A stretch of DNA of 64,000 nucleotides from Anolis carolinensis (taxonomy: Eukaryota), in NCBI RefSeq assembly GCF_035594765.1, contig NW_026943821.1, positions 13,609,608 through 13,673,607 of the forward strand. Direction: 5' to 3'. Shown here piece by piece: positions 39,457 to 51,000 of this stretch. Under the pieces are notes generated by a model that searched no databases, was not told the DNA's origin, and was given only the letters and a program-made list of their open reading frames with translations. Both the position numbers and the translations under genes were made by a program. Each line of letters starts with the position of its first letter. Within the stretch, counting starts at the first letter, position 1.

Positions 39457-39792
39457 GGAGCCCCTGGTGGCACAGCAGATTAAACTGCTGAGCTGATGAA
39501 CTTGCTGAACAAAAGATCAGCGCTTCAAATCGGGAGAGCGGTGTGAGCTCTTGCTGTTAGCTCCAGCTTCTGCCAACCTAGATGTTCGAAAACATGCAAA
39601 TGTGAATAGATCAATAGATACCTCCAAGATAAAAATGCCTCTAAACGGCGCTCCATGCAGTCATGCCAGTCACATGACCTTGGAGGTGTCTACGGACAAT
39701 GCCGGCTCTTCGGCTTAGAAATGAAGATGAGCACCAACTCCCAGAGTCGGACATGACTAAACTTAATGTCGGGGGAAACCTTTACCTAACCC
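39457..39792 (+). mobile_element. Sauria-type SINE
   Basis: 12-bp TSD atgttaagtcaa (39445-39456, 39793-39804). Confidence 0.9.
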
Positions 39793-40754
39793 ATGTTAAG
39801 TCAAACTTGGAGGCATCTTTCCAAATTTGATGCAGTCAGTGATTTCTGAATTTTCCACTTACTATGGAACTGTCTACTAGCCTCTATTATGTTGTGCTTG
39901 TATGTGTGCATATCATATGTTTCTACCAGGGCTAATGCTGCAGGGTATTTGATTTTTAATAATGCCTTTCTTCAGAGTCCCCCAGATCATCCAAGTGTTA
40001 TGAAAGCTATCCAGGTACTGAAGCTTGCTCCAAATATACTGGCAGTTGTCAAGTCTAGGAGACTGGCTGGAGTCTACATATTGTTGTCAATCAGACATTA
40101 ATTCTACATTGATTGGGGCTAAGCAATTATCTTTAGACCTCTCTCCGCAAAGTTCAGGGATCACGCAGAATGCCACTTTTTTCCTATTCCCATACTTACA
40201 TTTTCCCTTCTCAGACAATAACTGTAACTGCTGTGCGACTAATGGAAAAATGTTTAAAAATTCATTACAAAATTAGGGGGTGCCAGTGATTCAATTCTAA
40301 AGTCTTTCTAAAGTATCATAAGTGAAAATTTCATTACTGTAACGAGAATAACGAAATTTCATTACCTTTTCATTATAGTAATTGCTCAAGTGGGGAAATT
40401 TCAAGGGCTCCTTTCTCCCTCATTTTTACAACTATTGGGGTGAGGCTTGCTACAATGGTAGAACACATTTACCACTGTTAGCCCATCAAGTTTCAGAATG
40501 TTTCACTTATCTGTGGACTTTTGGGGAGTTTTCAAAGTTTTTATAAACAACATTTTTTAAAAACGACAAGAGCTATCTCCTTGAATTTTCTGTACAATGA
40601 CACAAGATAACAGGGGATCATCCCCCCTAACTTTTAGAAATATTCATACATATACTGATTTTAGGGAATTTTTAAAAAGTTTTGAAAAAGTCACAACAGC
40701 TATATCATTGAATGTCTCTCATATTAACCAATAGAACTTCCATTTAGGGATTTC

Positions 40755-43589
40755 TTTTTTTTTTTAAGCATTTTATTTATAATTTTCGTGATACAATAAA
40801 AGTGGAAGGAAACGTTTATATAAAAAAGGTCAGAAAGAAAAAAAAAAACCCAGACGAGTAGAGAGACCAACAAACCAAAACCGAATCCCCCCCACCTTCC
40901 TTCCTTCCTGAATGACCTTCCAGATCCTCTGCCCTGTGTATTGTGACTTACTTTTTTTTTTCTCACTTTCCCGACCCAATTTTCTTAGATCCCCAGAATG
41001 TCTTCACATAAACACCTTTTTCCCTATATTTCCAAGTTCCATTTTTCTTTTAAATATCTACTTAAATTATTCCAGTTCGTTTTTGTCGTTGTATGATATT
41101 TTTGTGAGATTATCTGCGTTAAATTGTCCATATTTTGTATGTCCATTAGTTTCAATGTCCATAGCTCTAGCGATGGAATTTCCGTCGTTTTCCAACTTTT
41201 CGCTATCACAATTCTGGCTGCACTTATCATATATATGAACAGTTTTTCATTGTTTGAGTCCATGTAAAAGTCGGTTAACCCTAGTAGCAGATATTCCGGT
41301 TTTAATGTGAATTTTATTTGTAGTATAATCTCCATCTCTTTCTTAATTTTTCTCCAGAACCTTTTGATCTTCTTACATCCCCACCACATGTGAAATAGAT
41401 CTCCCTTTTCTTTCCTACATTTCCAGCACTCTTCCCCCCTCTTTCCCTTGTTAAATTTTGCAAGTTTTACTGGCGTAATATACCACCTAAAAAATTTTTT
41501 ATACCAACTTTCCTTTATAGCTGTTGAGTATGTGTATTTTAGTCTCTTTTGCCAACATTTTTCCCAGTCTTCGAAATTTATAGTGTGTCCGAATTCCCTC
41601 GCCCATGCAATCATATTGTCCTTAACATAAACCTCTTCTGTTTCCCAGATCAAAAGCTGTTGATATAACACTTTAATCACTTTCTTTTCAAGCTTTAGAA
41701 CTTTATCCCAGGTTGTATCATTTTTCTCAAATCCTATTTGATTATCAATTTTAAAGCATTCATTGATCTGCCAGTAATTTAGCCAGGTTATAGATGGTTC
41801 TAATTGTTTAACCTCCTCATATGGTTTTATACTTATTCCGTGATTGTCTCCTCGTACTAAATGTTTGTATGTTAGCCATCTTTCCCTAGGGATCTCCCTC
41901 ATATGTTCTGATTCTAACGGAGAAAGCCATAATGGAGTCTTCCTGTAAAATTTATGCTTGTATCTCTCCCAAGTTGTTAATAATGCTTTTCTAATATAGT
42001 GGTTGTTGAAGTTTTTTTCTTTGAAACCTTTTCTTTTCCATAGATAAGCGTGCCATCCCTTATTCAGGTCCTGGCCTTCTAATGCTAAAATCCTGGTCTT
42101 CCGCAGGATAGCCCATTCCTTAACCCATTCTAGTACCGCTGCATCATAGTATATCTGGAGGTCAGGAACTCCCATTCCCCCTCTCCTGATGTCATCCTTC
42201 ATGTACTGAAATTTTATCCTTGCACGTTTTCTGCCCCAAATAAATTTGTTGATCTCTTTCTGCCAGTCACTAAGCGTTTTTTTATTTCTCAGAATGGGTA
42301 AATTTTGAAATAGGAATAGCGCTTCGGCTAAAACCTTCATTTTTATGGCAGCTATTTTTCCTAATAGCGAGAGGTTTAATGCATCCCATCTTTCCATTTT
42401 CTTTTTCACTTCTCTCCATTTTTTATCGTAGTTATTTTTCTGCAGTTGGGTATTGCTAGCTGTTAGTTCAATCCCTAGATATTTAACCTTTTTAACTACC
42501 TCTATCCCCGTTTTCTTTTGTAATTCTTCCCTCTGTGCTTGTGATATATTCTTAGTCAGTATTTTGGTCTTCTCTCTGTTTATCTTTATCCCGGCTATTT
42601 CCCCAAATTTTTCAATTGTCTCCAGCCATAACTTAATCTGATTTGTTGGTTCTTCAATCAAACATACAATGTCATCTGCATAGGCACGTGTTTTGAAAAT
42701 GATGTTTTTGGTTCTCAGCCCTTTCAGGTCTTTGTTTTTCCTGATTGCATCCAGCAGAATTTCTGATGTTAAGATGAATAGTAATGGGGAGAGAGGGCAC
42801 CCCTGTCTTGTTCCTTTCTTTATTTCTAGCGTGTCTGATAATTCCCCGTTTATTATAATCCTGGCACTCTGTTTTGAGTAGATCTTTTTTATTGCGTTTT
42901 TAAAGTAAAATCCTATATCCATCTCAGAAAGAGTCTCTAATATACAAAACCAATTAACGCTGTCGAATGCCTTCTCGGCGTCTAAAAATAAAAATGCCAC
43001 TTCTCTTTGTCTGTTTTTTTCGTAATACTCAATTGCATTCATTATTATTCTTATGTTGTCTCTTTGGTGTCTTCCGGGCAGGAAACCACATTGGTCTTCA
43101 TGAATTCTTTCTGCTAAGACATTTTTTAATCTTTCCGCCAGTATACTCGTGAATATTTTATAGTCTACATTTAACAGGGAGATCGGTCTGAAATTCGCAA
43201 CTCTAACATTATCTGTATTTTTTTTTGGTATTAGAACTATATTGGCATTTTCCCAGGATTGTGGAATCTTTTCCCCTTCCAGAATATTGTTCATTACCTT
43301 TTGTAGCGGTTTGCTTAGAATGTCCTGAAATACTTTATAATAAATAGTTGTTAGACCATCCGGCCCGGGGGCTTTATTATTGGGTAATCTTTGAATTGCT
43401 CTCACTATTTCTTCTATATCTATTTTCTTATTTAATCGTTCTCGTTGATTTTCTGTAATTTTCTTAATATTTTGCGTTCCTAAGTATTGTGTGACCTTCT
43501 CTTTAGGGATTTTATCCTCTGTGTATAGGTTCCTGTAATATTTGATAAATTGTTTTTCTATTTCTTTCCGTTCGAAATATATGTTGTTG
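40755..43589 (-). mobile_element. 5'-truncated L1 LINE with an uninterrupted ORF2 RT and CCHC region
   Basis: ORF 41024-43405 (KAPGPDG, FRPISLLN.DYK, LDAEKAFD, GTRQGCPLSPLLF, YADD, KYLG, CWKC..H..C); poly(A) at about 40755-40765; TSD catttagggatttc(ttttt) at 40741 and 43590. Confidence 0.95.
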
Positions 43590-44328
43590 CATTTAGGGAT
43601 TTCTTTTTAGCCCAGCACAGAGATGTACTTACTAGAAGTATTAGTCACTCCTCCTCTTTGCAAATTCAACAATTTATTGGAACTCTGGATGGCTGTTGCT
43701 ATGAAGGAACAAATCTCTCCCCTTTCCTGATTGGGATTTTCTGATGCTGAGCAGAATTCTGGGAAATGTAGTTTAGTGCAGGGTCTTTTGAATTCTCTGG
43801 CATTGGGCTCCTCACCTTCCCAAATTACATTTCCCAGAATTCTGTGCTTTCCCAGTCTCTTTCCCAACGATCTTTCCCAAAGATCTCTGCTTTCTCCCTG
43901 CTGTTTCCCTCTCCCAATGGTAAGAAGCCATTAATTTAAAGACAAATGGCAGACTTTTTGGCTTTGCTTTGCTTGCTTGCATTGAATAATGAAACTGATT
44001 TTGGGAGGCTTCTTAGGTTTACAAAATTCAAATGAAAAAGTGTTGGATATGTTTCGATTGGTGTGGACTGATCCATGAGGTCACGAAGAGTCAGAAATTA
44101 CTGAATGAATAAACAACAACAACACATGTTTCAATTGTTATGTTTGTGGTGTCAGCTATGCCCACATGTCAGATATCATGTTGTAAGTATGAATTTAGCA
44201 AATTTGACCCAACTTATGAGGACAAACAATAATTTTGCATAGTCCTAGTAATTGCTTCTGCTTTTTCTCTTGTCATTTCACCTATTAACATTTAGTTCCT
44301 CTCCATTTTCTTCCAGGGCAGTGAGAAC

Positions 44329-45351
44329 ATGAATGTCTTTGTGGCGAACATTTCAGAGATGGGAATGAACACCACTTACTCTCCAATTGCTATAAGCCCC
44401 ACCAATGTTATCATTGCTGTCTGTTTGTTGATATCGTTTCTAGTTGGCACAACCATAAATGGGCTCTTTCTCTGGGTGCTGGTGGTGAGGATGAAGAACA
44501 CAGTGAATGTTCTCTGGTTTCGTCACCTACTTCTCATCTTCTTAATAGTCAGTTCCATCATACCTTTTTTTGCTGTGCACCGCCTCCTTGGATTTCACTG
44601 GATCTTTGGTAATGTTCTGTGCAAGGTTCTCAATGCGCTCGGTTCGCTAGGAATGTTTTTTGAGGTATTTATCCTCACCAACATCAGCCTGGATCGCTTC
44701 TTCGCAGTATGCCATCCCATTTGGTCCCAACACAACCGCACAATTCCCAGGGCCCAACGAATCATTGCAGGAACGTGGCTTGTTTCCTTACTCTTCAGTG
44801 TCCCATACCTGATTTTTCGGGAGACTCATGAGGCAACAAATAGAAGGATTATATGTGCCAATAATTACACATTTTTTCTTGATGCAGAAAAAACCGAAAG
44901 AGATGTGCTGGCATATCACATTCAGTTGGCTCTCTTTGTCATACGATTCCTATTGACCTTTTTGCTTCCCTTTGTAATTATAGCAGGATGTTACTATAAG
45001 ATTGGAAAAGAAATTAAGAAAAGAAGATTAGTGGAACAAAATGGGAAAACGTTTAAAATCCTCATCACATCAGTGGCATCGTTTTTCATTTGTTGGCTTC
45101 CATACCATCTCTACTATGCTTCTCAGCTGTTGGGCAAACTTTCTGATGGAATACATATTTTTCTTAGTTCAGTTATGAGCGCTGGCATGTGTTTCAATTT
45201 CTGTTTCACCTCCAGTCTTTATCTCTTTGTTGGACAGAAATTCCAACAGGTCTTCAAGACATCCATTGTCACTCTGCTTCAGAGAGATTTTGCAGATGCT
45301 CCTTTCGTATTTGTTGACAATATAAACATGGAAGATGGAAACGACCAATAG
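44329..45351 (+). CDS. GPR33: GPR33-like chemoattractant GPCR copy 2, 340 aa
   Basis: INGLFLWVL..RMK.TVN.LWF.HL, ISLDRF..HPIWSQHNRT, PYLIFRETH, C.NNY, RFLL.FLLPF, SFFICWLPYH, YLFVG.KF..VFK.SI; acceptor ttttcttccag ends 12 nt before the ATG. Confidence 0.88.
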   Translation: MNVFVANISEMGMNTTYSPIAISPTNVIIAVCLLISFLVGTTINGLFLWVLVVRMKNTVNVLWFRHLLLIFLIVSSIIPFFAVHRLLGFHWIFGNVLCKVLNALGSLGMFFEVFILTNISLDRFFAVCHPIWSQHNRTIPRAQRIIAGTWLVSLLFSVPYLIFRETHEATNRRIICANNYTFFLDAEKTERDVLAYHIQLALFVIRFLLTFLLPFVIIAGCYYKIGKEIKKRRLVEQNGKTFKILITSVASFFICWLPYHLYYASQLLGKLSDGIHIFLSSVMSAGMCFNFCFTSSLYLFVGQKFQQVFKTSIVTLLQRDFADAPFVFVDNINMEDGNDQ

Positions 45352-45880
45352 CTACATCACTTTGGAGCTCAAGGGAACTCAAAGGACAGCTTGGCCAAGA
45401 AGTAACCTTGGAAGTTCACACCATTTTCTATCTGCTTTGGGGAGTTTATTGCACTAAGAACAGTTGGGTTTTCATTTTCTTCTTAGTATAATTGTGTTTT
45501 ATGTAGTAATGTAAAATATTTTCAAAGCTTACTTGAGCAAAAATAATTTTTTAAAAAGATAAACAGAAGTACACCACTGTGTAACAACTAGGGTTGTGCA
45601 ATTCATCAAAAACCTGTTCCATTTTCGGTCCTGTTTTTCAGAGGAAGGGGGATATTCCATTTTTTTTGGGAAATTCCCAAAATTGGGAGGGGAAAATACC
45701 ATTTCCTGGATCCATCAGACAGAAGTTCTGTTTTTGCTCCATGAAGATCCGGCCCATTGTTGGCAATAAGGGAACTTCTGAGGCTCCACTTTCCATCATT
45801 TTTAGGACCATTGGGATGAAAATGGCCACACTTTTCTCTCACATTTCCTATATTTACAAGAATTGTCTCTATAGATGATG

Positions 45881-45941
<61 letters not shown>

Positions 45942-47239
45942 TTAGTTAATTACGGTTATTTATTTACTTTATTTATATCCCATCTTTCTCCCCATGGGGA
46001 CTCAAGGTGTCTAACATCCACACTCTTTGGTTTCCATTTAAAACAAAGCAAATACAAAAATAAAAATCCTAACTAAATAGTACTGTGTGGGTTAGATTAA
46101 AATGTAATTAAAATATAATAAATACAGTTAGAATGCCTTTAACCCCCCCCCCCAAAAAAAAAAAAACAAATTCTGCTTTCTACTTCTTAGAAGTAGACAT
46201 CAGATCCCAGCATCTATACATCATCTTATACAAATCAGTGGAAATTTCAGACACTGTTCAAATACTGTTTAGTAGAGGCATAAACACAGATGATGGCTTC
46301 GTGGAGCACTATATATATTTAAAATGTTACATACGTAACAGCTGCATCTGAAGAAGTGAATTTATTAATTCACAAATGCTAAAATAAAAACCAGTTGGTC
46401 TCAAAGGTGTTCAAATTGTATCATGATAAGACTGTTGAGCTGGGAAATATCATTTTAACCCCTAGTGAAATATCACTGGATGGCTTTGAAGTCAAATATC
46501 TCTGCGTGAACCCCCCAGTTGGGCTTTTCTGTGGGTGAAACATGGTTCCTTGATTTCATTGAAGACAATTGAGGTTATAAATGTAATTAATGGATACAAA
46601 ACCAGTTTTTCTAACATTGGTCAGAGGACTCTGGGAGTATCTACACTGTAGAATGAAAGACATTTGGCACCACTTTAACTGCTATTTTACAATCTAATAG
46701 AATAACAAAAGTTCTAGTTTTGCAAGGTTTTTAGGCTTTTATGTTAAGGGTGTTGGTGCCAAACTAAATTACAGGATACCAGGATTCCATAACGGTGAGC
46801 CATTGCCGTCAAAGTGGCATCCAACTGCATTATTTCTCTAATTCTCCAAGAAATAGAGATGGCATAGACACTCATTAGAGAAGTGTTCCCTCAAATAAAA
46901 GGAAAAAATGTGTTTTATTATTTTTATTCATGATTTCCCCAAATCCAGTAAAAGAACACCATTGACTGTATGCCGCTTTCTGCATTTTGTTTACTTTTAA
47001 AATAAACTTCATTTGTTATGCAACTGTTTTTAATGCATAAAGATCCACACACATTTCACCATTAATTTCCATTCCTGAACTTTTTTCTGTGATAAATCTA
47101 ATTCTACCAAATGCTTTTATTTAAAATACAAACTGAGAGAATTATATGTAATATTTGTCATAGCCAAATGAAGTCCATCTGTTGGCCAGTAATAGGGCAG
47201 TTTGGGGACTGGGTAACAGAAATTCCTCAAATTCTGGTT

Positions 47240-48036
47240 TGTTTGTTTATTAATTTATTTGCAGTATTTATATTCTGCCTTTCTCATCCTAAAGGGCGGA
47301 TCACAGAACACACATTCAATGCAATTTATATACAGTAGAGTCTCACTTATCCAACATAAACGGGCCGACAGAACGTTGGATAAGCGAATATGTTGGATAA
47401 TAAGGAGAGATTAAGAAAAAGCCTATTAAACATCAAATTAGGTTATGATTTTACAAATTAAGCACCAGAACATCATGTTATAAAACAAATTTGACAAAAA
47501 AAGTAGTTCAATACGCAGTAATGCTATGTAGTAATTACTGTATTTACGAATTTAGCACCAAAATATCATGATATATTGAAAACATTGACTACAAAAATGG
47601 CTTGGATAATCCAGAACGTTGGATAAGCAAGTGTTGGATAAGTGAGACTCTACTGTATTGACAAAACATACAATTGTACATAGAATAGAGGTATATATAG
47701 GTTTTTTCCATCTTTGACATCTTGGAGGCTTGTGCTCGGTTTCAGCAATGGAGGAGTGCTGTCGCTCCATCTCCCTGCCGAAGAGCTTTGCTCATAAACT
47801 TCCTCCTTGATTGAATCGTCAGCATTTTTCTGGCATTTCCTTATGGATGCCTTAATACCTCCCCATTTTAAAGGGGTACCTATTTATCTACTCACATTTT
47901 GCCTTCCAACTGCTAGGTAGGCAGAAGCTAAACTAAAAGCCAGGAGCTCACCCTGACTCAAGCTTTGAACTATCAACCTTTTGATTGACAAGATTTACTG
48001 CAGCTTGTGGTTTAACCTGCTGTACTAAAGCCTGGC
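47240..48036 (-). mobile_element. tRNA-derived SINE (same family as 37945-38410) split by a mariner MITE (47333-47655)
   Basis: Head sequence matches the 37945 copy; the MITE has TIR cagtagagtctcacttatccaa and TA flanks. Confidence 0.75.
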
Positions 48037-51000
48037 AGATTGTACTGTCATTGTTGCTCTTTGTTTCTTCTTTTTCAGGAGGCACAGCAGCTTGCATCTT
48101 CTTAATGTCTGTGGTTAATCTTTTCATTACTTGAGCTTTCCGTTGAGTGAAAAGCGAAATGATGGAGATAAAGAAGAAGAAACACAGCAGCGCTCTGGAA
48201 AGAGATGGTCACTTTTTAAAACAAAAACAATGAACCAAGTGGCAGGGAGGAAGGACCCAATGTTGCTCATTTCTCCAATATTTTTCCTGGTTTTTAGCCA
48301 GGCTGCCTTAGAGGGCAGATAGTGAAACTAAAGCCAACACTTACTTGATTAGGCAGAGGACTAGCAATAATGGAACAATAGAGCCGAAATATCCTGGTGC
48401 TGTAGGTTCACCTTGGACCTCTGAAATGATTTAACCAAAATAATGTTGAGTCTTAAAATTAATTTTATGCCATAATATCCTTAAAAACAATACCAAAAGT
48501 GTGTTTGTGGAGGATCTGAACTTATAAAGTTGGGATTCAAAGAGAGCTATGTTGTCTTCTTCAGAAGAACTGGACATGGTCCCATCTTTTGACATCCCTC
48601 ATTCATGGTTTACATAGAGGAATCAGAGACCCAGTTTAATCTGAGTCCAGATTACCTGATACAAAGGGCACAATTTATGGATAGAAATAGAAAACAGCAC
48701 ACAGTGAGTAAAGAAGAGCTCTATGCAGATGGGGAATGTGTGTAGAACGTTAGAGGACAACTGAGATTGACCTATCAGCAGAAATGGGATCCAAATAAAT
48801 TAAGGGATGTGACATCCTACTGAAGTTGGGAGGATCTAAACGTTTAGGTGGAAAATTGGGTGGTGGTGTTTTATTAATTAATTTATCTTATTCCCCTTCT
48901 TTTGTGTTTTAGAATTTAAAAGAAACAAAGGAACACTTGTGGTTTAATGTTGGACCAAAGACATGGAAACCCACTGTGTGACCTTGAATAAACCTCAGCC
49001 TCCAAGGAACTTAGACAAGGGGACATTATTCTTCGACATTGGTTCTCAACTTGTAGGTCCCCAGATATTTTGGCCTTCAACTCTCATAAATCCTAACAAC
49101 TGGTAAACTGGTTGAGATTTCTGGGAGTTGTAGGTCAAAATACCTGGGGATGGGCAGGTTGAGAACCACTGTTCTAGGACAACTGCCAATGCACCTTTTT
49201 CCCTAAATGGTGCTACTCCTCCCTCTCCCCATGCACACACAACTCAATGCTATTTTAATTACGGTCAAGATTTATTTGATCTAAGAAAATGCCACTGTGC
49301 CTTCCTTACCTGTTACAGCAAACCAGAAGGTTTTCTCAGTAACGCCTTCGCTGTTTTCTGCGCGACACTTGTATGTGTCTGTATGTTGTATCTGTACACG
49401 AGGAAACTTCCATTCACTGCCTCTTATGAGATGAAATTTTCCCAAGGATTGTGTTTCCTCCACCCAAGTGACATTGGGTGAAGGGTTCCCCTTTGCCTTG
49501 CAGTGCAGTGCCACAATCTGAGTGCTATCAGTGACATCTGTGAAGCTTGTCAAATCTGCAAGATTTCAAATGGATAGAGATGTAGAGAGGAAACTAGGAT
49601 TACAATTTTCCCAAACAATATGCTCTCTTTTCTGGATTCTGTCACCAAGAATAGCTCAAGATATTTGGCTTCTTATAGCGATCTGATTTTCTATAGCTCC
49701 AAAGAACTAGATAAGACTTTCCATTCCAAAGATGTATCATCAAATACCAATCAAAATAGCAATCTCTTTATATTTTGGATTTCCGTGTGTGTGTGTGTAT
49801 GTGTGTGTGTGTTAAAGCCTGTCAGCAAAGAAGCTGACAGGAAGGAAATTATGTCATTTCAAATACAATATTGGAAGAGAGATCTACAAATAACACGGGC
49901 CACTAAAAGGATAAATGAATGTGCCCTAGAGCAAATCAGGCTTTAGAGTCCACGATGATTCATGAGAGACTACCGTAATTTGTATACATCAAGATGACCC
50001 CAATCCTGAATCCGCAAGACATGAACAGGATAATTGATGGATAGGGATCTTGATGATCTCACATTCATAGGTTTACTCAGAATGAAAGACTTCCAAGATC
50101 ACTGGTCATCTGCTCTCATGCTCTCAAGAATTCAAAGTTTTAAAACCCATCTTTCTTTTAACAGTTTGCTAGGATGCTCAGATCTACAAAAGCAAAGGAA
50201 ACTTACCTTTCTTTGATTCCATAATTTCACTGGTGATGCCTACGATTTGTGGTGGGTCTGTAAGACAAGAATAATCTCCATGTGAGGACCTGGCGGAGAT
50301 TGGAAGGACTTCTCTCCATTTCTCCCTCTCTCCCTCCTTTCTCTCTCTCTCACACACACACTCACACTCACATATGATTATCATGGTCACATACAGAGGA
50401 GATTTCAGTGAAAAAAATGGTTTTGGAGATTGAGTCCAAATTTTAAAGGAGCTCTCCAAGGTGCTGAAATATTTGGTGGCTAGAGTTTAGTCTTTCAGAT
50501 AGCCAGTTTAAGTATTGTATTGAGTAAAATCCTGAGTAGTTTATCTATAAAATGTTGGAAGGCCCTATACCAGTAGTTTTCAACCTGTGGTTCCCAGATG
50601 TTTTGGCCTTCAACTCCCAGAAATTCTAACAGCTGGTAAACTGGCTGCGATTTCTGGGAGTTGTAGGCCAAAACACCTGGGGACCCATAGGTTGAGAACC
50701 ACTGCCTGACACAGATATTGTTACAGGTTTGGACACAGACCTCTGTCCGGAACTGCTAAATGGAGGATGCCTTTTTTTGATGTGATATATTGTATCAATA
50801 TTCTGGATTAGAATGTGGGCTTTGTCTAATTTTCTCTTTCCTCCAGCAATCGGCTCTAGATAGCCAAGAAAGGCATGAAGGAAGGATGTTTAAACATGAT
50901 TCCTCCAAATGTTTATGCAGCAGCTGATGAGAATATCAGGACTAACTGCATTTTTCAGCAACAGTACTGCTCTATGGAAAATATTTTATATTAGCACTAC

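Noticed and set aside
45346-45360. Programmed stop-codon readthrough in GPR33-2
   Set aside because: TAG CTA CAT matches neither UGA-CUAG nor UAG-CARYYA; a nonsense mutation is the simpler explanation.
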